This document shows, in pieces, positions 10,133-20,177 of a stretch of DNA of 64,000 bases; the stretch's first letter is position 1; each line of letters starts with the position of its first letter. A program made the translations under genes and the position numbers. The notes beneath the pieces were generated by a model that worked only from the letters and a program-made list of their open reading frames with translations, was not told the DNA's origin and ran no database searches. The stretch is from Candidatus Altimarinota bacterium (GTDB taxonomy: Bacteria; Patescibacteriota; Gracilibacteria; UBA1369). The DNA lies in the NCBI GenBank assembly GCA_963677745.1, contig OY782391.1:1184001-1248000 (forward strand), read 5' to 3'.

Positions 10133-12670
10133 TTAATAAGATTTCTTCTTGTTGATCAGTTCCAGGGCGGCCTCCGAAGTTAGACTTTCCACATTTTGTC
10201 CGCGCGGTATGGCGGCATTGGTTTTTCCGTCTGTCACGTAGGCACCGTAACGTCCGATTCTGGCCACAACGCCGTTTCCAAAATCCTTTACTGCGTTGGG
10301 CTTGCCTGCCTGGCCGGGATGGGACTTGCCATTGGTTTTATCGGGTGCGGTTGCCAGTATCTTCTGGGCATCGGCCAGTGTAATTCCCATTACATCCACT
10401 CCGTTGGGGACAGCCCGGTTTTTGCCGTTAACTTTAAGATAAGGGCCGTAGGGACCAACATCAAACATCACTTCATCGCCGTTTTTCATTTTTCCCAAAG
10501 ATTTGGGCCAGCTCAGAATTTCCCGGGCCTGATCCATGGTCAGCTTTTCTGCGTCCAGAAATTTAGGTACCGATTTCATCTTGAAAGCTTTGTCTCCTTT
10601 TTCTCCGATCTGCAGATAAGGTCCGAAACGTCCGACCTTCTTAACAATTTCCAGTCCAGTTTCTTTGTCTTTGCCAACCTCATCAACTTCTGGCGTGGAA
10701 TTGGCCAGAATTTCTTTGGCTTTTTCCTCTGTCAGTTCTGCCGGCACGGTATCGTCGGGCAGAGGGGCTCGTTCCGTGCCTCTTTCCAGATATGGTCCGA
10801 AGCGGCCGATTCTAACCTGAAAATCAACCTTCTTGCCTCCCGGTGCTATTTCAATTGTGCAAACTTCCCGGGCATCAATTTCCTGGCTGATAAGTTTTGT
10901 AAGCCCGGCATGTCCTTTGCTGCCGAAATAAAAATCATGCAGATAAGGTACGGATTTTTTCTCACCTTCGGCAATTTTATCCAGATCCGTTTCCATTTCC
11001 GCGGTAAAAGTATAGTCAACCAGATGGCTGAAATATTTTTCCATCATGTCGACCACTGCAAAAGCGATGAAAGTCGGTACAAGTGCCGATCCCTGCTTGA
11101 AAACATACTCACGGCGTACAATTGTATCCATGATGGCCGCATAAGTGGAAGGTCTGCCGATTCCACGCGCCTCCAAATCTTTGATCAGTGAAGCTTCCGT
11201 AAATCTGGCCACAGGCTTGGTCTGATGGCCTTTCACATCCACTTTATCCAGGTCGGCGCGTTCACCTTCTTTCATTTCCGGCAAAATCTTTTCCTGATTT
11301 TCCAGTTCTTCCTCCGGATCATCGGAACCCTGAACGTAAGCCTTTAAAAATCCTGCAAAAACTATCTGTTTGCCGGATGCGCCGAAAATATTTTTTCCGT
11401 CTGATACTTCCACCACCGTCGACATCATTTTTGCTTCCTTCATCTGGGAGGCGATGGTTCTTTTCCAGATCAGCTCATAGACGGCTGCTTCTTCATCGGT
11501 TAATTTGCCGGTCTTGGCCAGTTCTTCGGGCAGACGGAAAGTCTGACCGGCCGGACGGATCGCTTCGTGAGCTTCCTGCGCATTCTTGATTTTGGACGCA
11601 TATTGTTTCGCTTCCGGGGCAATATAATCTGCGCCGTATAATTTGGTGGCCAGATTTCTTGCCTCTTTGATTGCGGATTCGGCCAGCGTGGTGGAATCGG
11701 TTCTCATGTAGGTAATGAAACCGTTTTCATAAAGTTTCTGGGCGATCTGCATGGTTCTTTTGGCGGAATAGTGGAGCTTGCGTGCCGCTTCCTGCTGCAG
11801 GGTGGAGGTGGTGAATGGTGCCTCGGGATTACGCACAAAAGGCTTTTGCTCAATCGATGTGATCTTGAAATTGTTGTCCTGAAGATCCTTGGAAAGTTTG
11901 GCCGCTTCCGTTTCATCCAGCATCAATTTGTTTTTGCCCTTCAACTTTCCCGTTTCAGGATCAAAATCTTTTCCGTTGACCAGTTTTTTCCCTCCTACCG
12001 ATTTCAATTCCGCGGTAAATTTTTCTTTTCTTTCGGTTTTGAATTCGGCCAGCAGATCAAAATAATTGGCGGGCACAAACTTCAGTCTTTCTTTTTCCCG
12101 TTCCACCACCAGTCTGATCGCCACGGATTGGACGCGGCCGGCGGACAGTTTCGGGGCTATTTTCCTCCATAAAACGGGCGAGACTTCATAACCGTATAGT
12201 CTGTCCAGAATTCTGCGCGTTTCCTGGGCATGTACCAGATTGGTATCAAGATCGCGCGGATGTTTCAGTGCGCCTTCGATGGCCTCTTTGGTAATTTCAT
12301 GGAAAACCAGTCTTTTTACCGGAACTTTCGGTTTTAACACCTCCAGCAGATGCCAGGAAATACTCTCTCCTTCGCGGTCTTCATCAGTTGCCAGATAAAG
12401 AGAAGTGGCTGTTTTGATGGCATCTTTCAGTTTTGCCACCTGGCGTTTTTTGGCGTCGGGTATGACATAAAGCGGTTTAAAATCATGCTCGGTATCCACA
12501 CCCAGTCTGGCCCATTTTTCTTTCTTAAACTTCTCCGGAACTTCCTGCGCGTTGCCGGGCAGGTCTCTGATATGGCCGATCGAGGCTTCCACTCTGAAAT
12601 CTTTTCCCAGGAACTTCGAAATAGTCTTGGCCTTGGCAGGCGACTCCACAATTACTAAATTTTTTCCCAT
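10133..12670 (-). CDS. topA: DNA topoisomerase I with C-terminal Toprim-C repeats
   Basis: LVIVESPAKAK, ATDEDREGE, SAGRVQS, ITYMRTD (catalytic Tyr), repeated GRFGPY units. Confidence 0.97.
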   Translation of the reverse strand: MGKNLVIVESPAKAKTISKFLGKDFRVEASIGHIRDLPGNAQEVPEKFKKEKWARLGVDTEHDFKPLYVIPDAKKRQVAKLKDAIKTATSLYLATDEDREGESISWHLLEVLKPKVPVKRLVFHEITKEAIEGALKHPRDLDTNLVHAQETRRILDRLYGYEVSPVLWRKIAPKLSAGRVQSVAIRLVVEREKERLKFVPANYFDLLAEFKTERKEKFTAELKSVGGKKLVNGKDFDPETGKLKGKNKLMLDETEAAKLSKDLQDNNFKITSIEQKPFVRNPEAPFTTSTLQQEAARKLHYSAKRTMQIAQKLYENGFITYMRTDSTTLAESAIKEARNLATKLYGADYIAPEAKQYASKIKNAQEAHEAIRPAGQTFRLPEELAKTGKLTDEEAAVYELIWKRTIASQMKEAKMMSTVVEVSDGKNIFGASGKQIVFAGFLKAYVQGSDDPEEELENQEKILPEMKEGERADLDKVDVKGHQTKPVARFTEASLIKDLEARGIGRPSTYAAIMDTIVRREYVFKQGSALVPTFIAFAVVDMMEKYFSHLVDYTFTAEMETDLDKIAEGEKKSVPYLHDFYFGSKGHAGLTKLISQEIDAREVCTIEIAPGGKKVDFQVRIGRFGPYLERGTERAPLPDDTVPAELTEEKAKEILANSTPEVDEVGKDKETGLEIVKKVGRFGPYLQIGEKGDKAFKMKSVPKFLDAEKLTMDQAREILSWPKSLGKMKNGDEVMFDVGPYGPYLKVNGKNRAVPNGVDVMGITLADAQKILATAPDKTNGKSHPGQAGKPNAVKDFGNGVVARIGRYGAYVTDGKTNAAIPRGQNVESLTSEAALELINKKKSY

Positions 12671-12753
12671 CTAAAATTATTAAGCTTAGGCTTTACATAT
12701 AATACTGATGGAACCTATTATGTCAAAAAAGTAATTAATTTTAAAAAAGCCCA

Positions 12754-14559
12754 ATGAAAAAAAAAGAGCAGGTCTCTCAATATTTTGATTCCAGAAAAAA
12801 AGTCCCGGCCCAACATCAATGGCGACTCGATACCATCTATAAAAATTTGGATGCCTGGCAAAAGCATTTTTCCCAGGTCGGCAAAATGATTGCTCCTTTG
12901 GGGCGCTATCAGGGCAAGCTTAAATCACAGCCGGTTATTCTGGAATTTTTCCAAAAATCTTCCGCTGTTCTCCGGCAAATTGAAAAACTATACGTCTATG
13001 CCAACCATCTGTCCTCGGTTGATCTTTCCGAACATCATGCGCAAATCATCACCCAGAAATCCCAGGATCTTTACAGCCGGTTTTCCCAGACAGTGTCTTT
13101 TCAGGGGCCTGAGCTTTCACGCTTACCTGACTCACTGCTCAAAAAAATGTCCGAGGAACAAAGATTTCATGAGTTTCACCGCGAACTTAAGTTAATTCTG
13201 GCCAAGAAAAAACATATCCTGGGGGAAGGGGAGGAAGCTTTGCTGTCAATGTTTTCCAGGATATTTTCCGGACCGGAGGATATTTTTAGCGCCCTCGACA
13301 GTATCGATTTGACCTTCGGAGAAGTGAAGGATGGCCAAGGCAAAAAACATCTTCTTACCTCGGGAAATTTCACCAAATTGCTGGAAAGTCAGGATCGCTC
13401 TTTCCGTGAAAAAGTTTTCAAAACTTTATATATCGCTTATCAGTCGCATGTCCACACCTATGCCCAGACACTCAATCTCTGTGTGAAACAACACTGTCTT
13501 TATGCCAAGGCCAAAAAATACCGCTCCGCCCTGGAGGCCTCGCTTTCTTCCAATCTGATCGATCCGAAGATTTACCGCAAACTGATTGCCGAGACTAACA
13601 ATTCGCTGCCGGTCCTCCATGATTATTTCAAATTCCGCGCCAAAAAACTGGGATTGCGCCGCCTCAATATGTGGGACCTGCGTGTCAACCTGACCGGCAG
13701 TTCGCCTTTGCGGTATACTTATGAGGAGGCGGTGGAAATTTGTCTGGCGGCCTTGAGGCCGCTGGGTGATGAATATGTGAAAGTCCTCCGAAAAGGTCTC
13801 CTGGGAGGCTGGGTGGACAAATATGAAAACAAAGGCAAACGCAGCGGCGCATTCTCGGGAGGCTGTTATGACTCATTGCCGTTTATTCTGATGAACTTCT
13901 CCGGCACCCTTAATGACGTTTATACTTTGATCCATGAAGCCGGCCATTCCATGCACGGTTGGTTGTCCCGGCGTCAGCAGCCCTATCCGCTGTCCGATTA
14001 TTCTTTGTTTGTGGCCGAAATTGCCTCCACGGTCAACGAACGTCTGCTGACCGATTATCTGATCAAGACCTACACCGGCAAAAAACGGGAAATAGTAATT
14101 GCCTATGAGCTGGATGCCATTCGCGCCACTTACTTCCGCCAGACCATGTTCTCCGAATTCGAATTGCTGATCCATGAGAAGGTGGAAAAAGACGAACCTC
14201 TGACTCTGCAGTTTTTCAATGAATCCTATGCCGCTCTGAATGCCCGTTATCACGGACCGTCGGTCGGAAAAGACCCCTTCATTCAGTATGAGTGGGCCCG
14301 TATTCCCCATTTCTACTATAACTTTTATGTTTACCAGTATGCCACCGGCATCGCTGCCGCCTTTTATTTTGCCGATCAGATCACTCACCTGAAAACCGGA
14401 AAAGCCGCGGCGGAAAGATATTTAAAGTTCCTGCAGTCGGGTGGAAATGATTTTCCGCTGTTACAGCTGAAACGTGCCGGATTGGATTTTAACAAGCCGG
14501 AACTTTATCGTGCAGTTGCCAAAAATCTCCGGAAGTGCTTAAATTTACTGGAAAATTAA
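12754..14559 (+). CDS. pepF: Oligoendopeptidase F (M3B)
   Basis: GKRSGA, HEAGHSMH zinc motif, AEIAS, WARIPHFY...YVYQYATG. Confidence 0.95.
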   Translation: MKKKEQVSQYFDSRKKVPAQHQWRLDTIYKNLDAWQKHFSQVGKMIAPLGRYQGKLKSQPVILEFFQKSSAVLRQIEKLYVYANHLSSVDLSEHHAQIITQKSQDLYSRFSQTVSFQGPELSRLPDSLLKKMSEEQRFHEFHRELKLILAKKKHILGEGEEALLSMFSRIFSGPEDIFSALDSIDLTFGEVKDGQGKKHLLTSGNFTKLLESQDRSFREKVFKTLYIAYQSHVHTYAQTLNLCVKQHCLYAKAKKYRSALEASLSSNLIDPKIYRKLIAETNNSLPVLHDYFKFRAKKLGLRRLNMWDLRVNLTGSSPLRYTYEEAVEICLAALRPLGDEYVKVLRKGLLGGWVDKYENKGKRSGAFSGGCYDSLPFILMNFSGTLNDVYTLIHEAGHSMHGWLSRRQQPYPLSDYSLFVAEIASTVNERLLTDYLIKTYTGKKREIVIAYELDAIRATYFRQTMFSEFELLIHEKVEKDEPLTLQFFNESYAALNARYHGPSVGKDPFIQYEWARIPHFYYNFYVYQYATGIAAAFYFADQITHLKTGKAAAERYLKFLQSGGNDFPLLQLKRAGLDFNKPELYRAVAKNLRKCLNLLEN

Positions 14560-14580
14560 ACAAGAAATTAATACCAAAAT

Positions 14581-15960
14581 ATGACTAAAAAAATCCCTTC
14601 TTTTATAATTGTTTCATTACTGTCTTGCTCTTTTGCGGGTTCCGCCTGGGCTACAGCCGAGCTGCCGCCTGCTCTTGAAACAACTACGGATTCCACTACT
14701 GCAACGTCTGAATCCACTCCGGAGTCAACCACCACGGAATCAACGGACACTCCTGTTCCCACCCTATATACCGTTTCCGACGAAACTCTGACCACGACAG
14801 AAGCCCCCACGACCGCTACCCCTACAGCCACCAAATCTTTTGAGGATTTTGCCGATGTGCCCGTGGATTATCCCGAATACACTCCGATTATTGTTCTGCG
14901 CTACCAGGGATTATTAAAGGGATATGAAGACAACACTTTTCATCCCGATCAGCCTCTCAACCGTGTGGAAGCCCTGAAGCTGGTTTTTGAAGCGGCAGCA
15001 ATCGAAATCAGCAACGGTGTAGCCCCCGCCAATTTTACCGATACCGAGGCTATGGCCTGGTATAGCGGTTATTTGAACAAGGCTCTTTTCCTGGAAGTAG
15101 TCAGTGGCTATCCCGACGGGTCTTTTCAGCCTTCCAAATCTGTCAACACCGTGGAATTTCTGAAGATGCTGTTACTTGCCCAAAAAGTCGATTTGTCCAA
15201 CACCAATCTCAATCAGATTCCTTACGCCGATGTCATGCCCGGCCAGTGGTATACCAAGTACGTGAATTACGCAAAAATCAACGACCTGCTGAAAACCGGT
15301 GAAGACAACAAAATTTATCCCGACGCGCCTTTAACCCGCGCCCGCGCCGCCGACATTATCTACCGTTTCCGCAACATGAAAGCCAAGCCAACTGGCACTT
15401 CCACCTCAAGCACAACTACCACCACCACCTCCGCCACTGTTATTCCGGTGAAGGATTTTGCCCTGTATGTCAGCTCCGCTTACAAAATAGCCTTCCAATA
15501 CCCGAAGACCTGGTATTACAGCGCATTCGTGGAAAAGCTGGATCCGACAGACATCGCCATTTATGGTTTTGGTCCAGAGGATCTTTCCACCAACCCTCCG
15601 CTGGTGAATCTGGAATTATTGCCGGATCTGGCCGATTTCCAGACCAATCTGGTTCACAACGGCTTTTCCTATCTGCGTGAGGAAGGGACTGATGACACGG
15701 TCAAACTGTCTGCCAAAATCAATGGCTCCTCCCGCATCTATCGCATTTCCGGCCCTCATGAGCAGGAAACCAATATGCTGACCATGCTGGAATCGTTGAC
15801 CGCCGACATCGAAGGTCTGGAGAGTTACAATCCTGCCGTTTCCGCAGCGACTACAACTGACACGACTACACCCGCCACAACTCCGGCGGCCACTGCCGAA
15901 ACAACCACTTCTGCTACAACCACCGAAGCCAGCGCCGAAAATGTCACTGTGCCGGAATAA
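14581..15960 (+). CDS. Secreted SLH-domain protein with Thr-rich linkers
   Basis: Signal peptide; SLH repeats (GYEDNTFHPDQPLNRVE, GYPDGSFQP, TRARAA); Thr/Ser-rich segments. Confidence 0.88.
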   Translation: MTKKIPSFIIVSLLSCSFAGSAWATAELPPALETTTDSTTATSESTPESTTTESTDTPVPTLYTVSDETLTTTEAPTTATPTATKSFEDFADVPVDYPEYTPIIVLRYQGLLKGYEDNTFHPDQPLNRVEALKLVFEAAAIEISNGVAPANFTDTEAMAWYSGYLNKALFLEVVSGYPDGSFQPSKSVNTVEFLKMLLLAQKVDLSNTNLNQIPYADVMPGQWYTKYVNYAKINDLLKTGEDNKIYPDAPLTRARAADIIYRFRNMKAKPTGTSTSSTTTTTTSATVIPVKDFALYVSSAYKIAFQYPKTWYYSAFVEKLDPTDIAIYGFGPEDLSTNPPLVNLELLPDLADFQTNLVHNGFSYLREEGTDDTVKLSAKINGSSRIYRISGPHEQETNMLTMLESLTADIEGLESYNPAVSAATTTDTTTPATTPAATAETTTSATTTEASAENVTVPE

Positions 15961-15979
15961 ATTATGTCCAGCCAGGAAG

Positions 15980-17758
15980 CTATTTTTGCTTTAACTGGGT
16001 GGAATAAATCTTATGAAAATGGGAAGAGGGATTATGACTTAATTTCTGATAAGTTCCTTCTTCCACTATTTTACCGTTGTCCATCACGATGATACGGTCG
16101 ACATTTTTTAATGCGGATACTTTATGCGCGATAAAAATTACAGTCTTCTTTTCCAGCCTGGTTTCCAGTCCTTTCAATACCGCCGTTTCGGTTTTACTGT
16201 CGAGGGAGGAAGTGGACTCGTCGAAAATCAGTATCTGTGAATTCTTATAGATGGCTCTGGCGATGCCGACTCTTTGTCTTTCCCCGCCGGACAGATGATA
16301 GCCTTTTTCTCCGATTAATGTGCCCAGGCCTTCCGGCAACTTTTCGATTACCGGCCCCAGCTGGGCTATTTCCACGGCCAGTTCCAATAGTTCGGGATTG
16401 AGAGGACGTAACAGAGTAATATTTTCCATCAGGGACAGATTGAACATTTCCGAATCCTGCAAAATCAGAGTCATTTCTTTTTTGACGTCCTGCTCCTGCA
16501 GGTCATAAAAATTATGTTCCCCGATCCGGTATTCTCCGGATTTGAATGCGTATAGTCCCATCAGCAGTTTGACTATAGTTGATTTGCCGCTGCCCGATCT
16601 GCCCACCAGTCCGATCTTGGCAAATCTGGGAATCACCAGATCAATACCGACCAGCGCTTTTTCAACCGAACTGTCTTTGGCGCTGCGGTAGGTAAAGTTG
16701 CCTTTTTGGATGGTTATCTCCTGCCAGTGTTTGGGGAACTTTAAATTGCCGCTTTTTACTTTGCTGCTGGTCTGGTAAATCGGCAGCATTCTGGAGATGG
16801 CAGACTTGTCGCGGGAAGCCCGGTCATACAGGTCATTCAGCCTTGCGGTGGTGCCAATCATGGTCTGCAAATAACCGTAAAATATTACCAGTGTCCCGGC
16901 CGAAATGTCTCCGCTGACAATAGCTTGACCAATCAGAAATAGAAAAAAAGTATAACTTAAGCCGTTTAATATCTGAAAATTTTTCCAGAGCGTGAAAATC
17001 AGTTTTTCCACCTGGATGCCGGAATTTCTAATATGTTCTTCCTTGCGGGCGATATGGGAGGAAAAATGTTTGTTAGCCCCCATCGTTTTGATGGTCAGCA
17101 GATTATTCAGTCCTTCGATGAAAGCTCCGCTGGACTTTTCCTGGGCGATACTTTGTTCACGAATTTTCTTTTGTATTCTGGTGTTGAAATAAACAAGATT
17201 AGTAAAGAACATCAGCAGATACAGCAGAAAAAACAGAATGAAATACGGCTTCAGAAAAAGAAACACCACAATTATCCCGATAAAGCCGGCAATACCTTCA
17301 AAAACAATGTTTTCCATCATCTGGCTTAGATCGTTCAGAGCGCTGATTCCGTAAGAAATTCTTTGTGATTTCTCTCCGACCATCTGTTGATCATGCCATT
17401 CAATGGAAAAATCCAGTAGATTTTCAAATCCTGATAATTTCAGTACATAGGCAATTCCAATTCTCAGATTACTCAATGTGTTTTTGAGGGTTAGCCGGAA
17501 AAAAGAAACAATCGCAAAAGACACGCCAAGAACTACAATCAACAGATAGAAAGGATTCAGGGAATCACCGGTTTTATAGGTGCCAAAAAAATCCACGATT
17601 TTGCCCAGCAGCAAAGGTGGAACTACCGAATAGGAGAGCAGCAGAATTAAACAGATATTCCAGAATAGATAAATCTTCTTTTTGTCGCCCAGCAGAAAAA
17701 AGTATCCCCGGATCAGATCCAGCCAGCCGAATTTTTCTTTGGTATTGGTGTTGGCCAT
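15980..17758 (-). CDS. ABC exporter, fused permease/ATPase
   Basis: TM region followed by [25 protein letters not shown]. Confidence 0.93.
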   Translation of the reverse strand: MANTNTKEKFGWLDLIRGYFFLLGDKKKIYLFWNICLILLLSYSVVPPLLLGKIVDFFGTYKTGDSLNPFYLLIVVLGVSFAIVSFFRLTLKNTLSNLRIGIAYVLKLSGFENLLDFSIEWHDQQMVGEKSQRISYGISALNDLSQMMENIVFEGIAGFIGIIVVFLFLKPYFILFFLLYLLMFFTNLVYFNTRIQKKIREQSIAQEKSSGAFIEGLNNLLTIKTMGANKHFSSHIARKEEHIRNSGIQVEKLIFTLWKNFQILNGLSYTFFLFLIGQAIVSGDISAGTLVIFYGYLQTMIGTTARLNDLYDRASRDKSAISRMLPIYQTSSKVKSGNLKFPKHWQEITIQKGNFTYRSAKDSSVEKALVGIDLVIPRFAKIGLVGRSGSGKSTIVKLLMGLYAFKSGEYRIGEHNFYDLQEQDVKKEMTLILQDSEMFNLSLMENITLLRPLNPELLELAVEIAQLGPVIEKLPEGLGTLIGEKGYHLSGGERQRVGIARAIYKNSQILIFDESTSSLDSKTETAVLKGLETRLEKKTVIFIAHKVSALKNVDRIIVMDNGKIVEEGTYQKLSHNPSSHFHKIYSTQLKQK

Positions 17759-17764
17759 GGGCCT

Positions 17765-18244
17765 TTATCTTGCTTCTAAATCACTTAATATTAACATAAT
17801 CTCCTCCTGCATGTCACTGAAATCGTCTTTGGACAAAGAGCTGATTTCTACCCACCGGAAATCCCTGGCCTCATCGTCTTGCACTTCATCATTGTTTTTA
17901 AGTTTCTGATCTGATGTTTGGCAGTCATAAAAAAATAGAAAGGCATGCATGGCTTCATCGGTCGGTTCATAAAAGAAAAAGTTTTCCACCGAGCTGAGAC
18001 ATTCTCCGATCTCCACTCCGGCCAGACCGGTTTCTTCAGCAATTTCCCGCAGCAAAGCATCTTTCCTGGTTTCACCTACATTTATGCCTCCGCCCGGAAA
18101 CCAGATCTTTCCGTCACTCATGTTGCGGCAAACGCAGATCTTGCCTTCCGGGTTGCGAATTATCCCGTACACACTGGGCCGAAAACGGAATTTATTGCGC
18201 GGCAAAGTGACCCATTCATTGCGCTGGTTTTTGCATTTAATCAT
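17765..18244 (-). CDS. NUDIX hydrolase
   Basis: Nudix box PGGGINVGETRKDALLREIAEETG. Start set at ATG 18244, overlapping the CYTH stop. Confidence 0.9.
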   Translation of the reverse strand: MIKCKNQRNEWVTLPRNKFRFRPSVYGIIRNPEGKICVCRNMSDGKIWFPGGGINVGETRKDALLREIAEETGLAGVEIGECLSSVENFFFYEPTDEAMHAFLFFYDCQTSDQKLKNNDEVQDDEARDFRWVEISSLSKDDFSDMQEEIMLILSDLEAR

Positions 18245-18812
18245 GGTGATACTTTTTAGGCGGGTTTTCAAAAGTGATTTCCGGAGTTTGCATATTGATG
18301 ACATCCGGCGGTATTCCCAGTTTCTTTTCATAAACAATATCCACAGCGCCGAACAGAGCCCGGGCAAAATCCAGTCCCAGTTCAGCCGTTACCTGTTTGA
18401 CCTCCTCCTCACTATGCCCCTCAATCTCCACAAACGGGTCAAGACCGGGCCAGGTATCAATCGTTATTTCAACTTCATGCCAAAGCCAGGTTTCACGCTT
18501 GGTTTCCTGATAAGCTTTTTTCTTTGCTCCCAAAGCTTCCAGCAGTTTCACGCCGGAAGTGAAATCATGTATGCGCAGCATTACCTCCTTCTGGTCCTCC
18601 ATTCGTGTGCCGGTGACTTCTTTTAGACTCAAAGTGATCACGTCACCCTCGTCACGCACACGCAGCCAGCCTTCCACGCCCTGCGGCGGAAAAAATACTA
18701 CACGCCGCATCAGCGTTTCGGGCTTTAGACAGGTGGCACCTAGAGACCGAAGCTTTTCTCTGGTTGCAGAGATATCAATATCGATAAAAGTTGCCTCAAA
18801 TTCTATATCCAT
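18237..18812 (-). CDS. CYTH domain protein (class IV adenylate cyclase/triphosphatase-like)
   Basis: N-terminal EFEAT, WLRVRDEG, TLSLK, ETKRETW, FVEIEG. Confidence 0.88.
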   Translation of the reverse strand: MDIEFEATFIDIDISATREKLRSLGATCLKPETLMRRVVFFPPQGVEGWLRVRDEGDVITLSLKEVTGTRMEDQKEVMLRIHDFTSGVKLLEALGAKKKAYQETKRETWLWHEVEITIDTWPGLDPFVEIEGHSEEEVKQVTAELGLDFARALFGAVDIVYEKKLGIPPDVINMQTPEITFENPPKKYHHD

Positions 18813-18820
18813 TTGGAAAA

Positions 18821-19798
18821 TTATTTTTCAAATTTAATAAAATATCTTTTTGGGGCCATTCCGCTTTTCAGTAATTCCTGATAACTGGAGTCGGATTCGG
18901 AAAAACGCTGTATCTTTCCTTCCGACAGAAAAAGCGGATCCACCAGCCGGTTTTTGCAAAGTACTTCCGCCTCAAAATTTTCCGGGTCGTTGCGGAAAGG
19001 AATTCTGTTGTTCATCCTTTCGAAAAGCAGTTGCAGGCGTTCATCATGATGATGGTGTCCGGCAATTTTTTCCAGTACCTGCCGGTCGGTGGTATAGAAA
19101 TCCTTGACTGTGATATAGCCCTTATTGAGTGCATATTTCACATAGTCACCCACCGTGCGGAACATTACGGCGGAAGGCAGTCCGGCATAATAATTGTCAT
19201 TCAGATAGCGAAACAACCTGGTGTAATTCCTGGCACTCTCCAGATCGTTGAAATACCATTGCCCGTTGTTAGCTATCAGACTGGCCAATACGCTTTCCGC
19301 ATCCTCCAGGTCACCAAAAACCACGGCCGTTCGCAAAGAATAATCGATACGGTCGGCGCACAGATCTGGCAGTTCGGTTTCCTTGAGGGGAAAATTACTG
19401 TCGTCCAGAATATAATCCACGTTAAACCCGTGTTTTTCCAGGATCGCGGGGAGTTCGGACTTTTTTACGTATTGTTCATGCAAGTCGTCCTGATGACTTT
19501 GAGTAGCCTGTGTTCCATTGTCCATGACATAATCGGCGCAATGAGAAAAAGCCGAATGCGAAACATCGTGCAGCAACCCGGCAATCTGTTCGGCTATCTC
19601 CGCCTGGTAGCGTTTCAAAAGCAGCATAACGCCTACCGAATGTTCATAACGGGTATGTGCGGTTCCCGGAAAATGCGGTTCCAGAAAACCCGCCTGATCA
19701 ATCCCTTTCAGCCTCTGCAGCGAGGGAGCTCCAATCAGTTCTACCAGGACCGGTTCGGCCACCTCCATCTCTCCATAAATTCTGTCAGTGATTCTCAT
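18821..19798 (-). CDS. HD-domain phosphohydrolase (dNTPase/SAMHD1-like)
   Basis: LQRLKGIDQAG, RYEHSVGV, LLHDVSHSAFSH, ADRIDY. Start set at ATG 19798, downstream of tRNA-Pro. Confidence 0.9.
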   Translation of the reverse strand: MRITDRIYGEMEVAEPVLVELIGAPSLQRLKGIDQAGFLEPHFPGTAHTRYEHSVGVMLLLKRYQAEIAEQIAGLLHDVSHSAFSHCADYVMDNGTQATQSHQDDLHEQYVKKSELPAILEKHGFNVDYILDDSNFPLKETELPDLCADRIDYSLRTAVVFGDLEDAESVLASLIANNGQWYFNDLESARNYTRLFRYLNDNYYAGLPSAVMFRTVGDYVKYALNKGYITVKDFYTTDRQVLEKIAGHHHHDERLQLLFERMNNRIPFRNDPENFEAEVLCKNRLVDPLFLSEGKIQRFSESDSSYQELLKSGMAPKRYFIKFEK

Positions 19799-19811
19799 TT
19801 TCAGTTTGAAA

Positions 19812-19887
19812 TGGTCGGAGTGGCGGGACTCGAACCCACGACCTCGTCGTCCCGAACGACGCGCGCTACCAACTGCGCTACACCCCG
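19812..19887 (-). tRNA. tRNA-Pro(CGG)
   Basis: CGGGGTGTAGCGCAGTTGGTAGCGCG-CGTCG-TTCGGGA-CGACG-...GTTCGAGTCC...CCA, 76-nt cloverleaf. Confidence 0.97.
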
Positions 19888-19913
19888 ACATCGGAAAGCT
19901 TGGCGTCGGAATA

Positions 19914-20177
19914 TTACCCCAGGTAACCTTCATTTCGCAATAAATTCTCTTTTTTTTGCCGTCCCCGGTTGAAGCCGCCCAAACTGCCGTCGGTTCGGAT
20001 TACCCGATGGCAGGAAACTGACGGGTCGTGATTGGCATGCATTATGGCCCCGACTGCTCGGGCGGCGCGCGGGTTGCCCGCGCGCCGCGCCACTTCTCCG
20101 TAACTCAGCACGGACCCGGCGGGAATTTCCCGTACAACCGCCAATACTTTCCGTTTGAATTCAGTCATCTTATTCAT
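19914..20177 (-). CDS. MGMT-family alkyltransferase or ATL-like protein
   Basis: IPAGSVLSYGEVA, PRAARAVG, SCHRVI (the PCHRV motif with Cys retained). Confidence 0.88.
   Translation of the reverse strand: MNKMTEFKRKVLAVVREIPAGSVLSYGEVARRAGNPRAARAVGAIMHANHDPSVSCHRVIRTDGSLGGFNRGRQKKENLLRNEGYLG

Noticed and set aside
10196-11191. 331-aa plus-strand ORF
   Set aside because: It is a shadow frame antisense to topA with no motif. The same applies to 6397-7122, 19031-19972, 30880-31581 and 62851-63570.
14660-15960. ACN-rich repetitive stretches resembling tandem repeats
   Set aside because: They encode Thr-rich linkers of the SLH protein and are not regular DNA repeats.
19799-19933. N-terminal extension of the HD ORF in the ORF track (start 19933)
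   Set aside because: It reads through tRNA-Pro(CGG) and the end of the MGMT gene; HD homology begins at ATG 19798.
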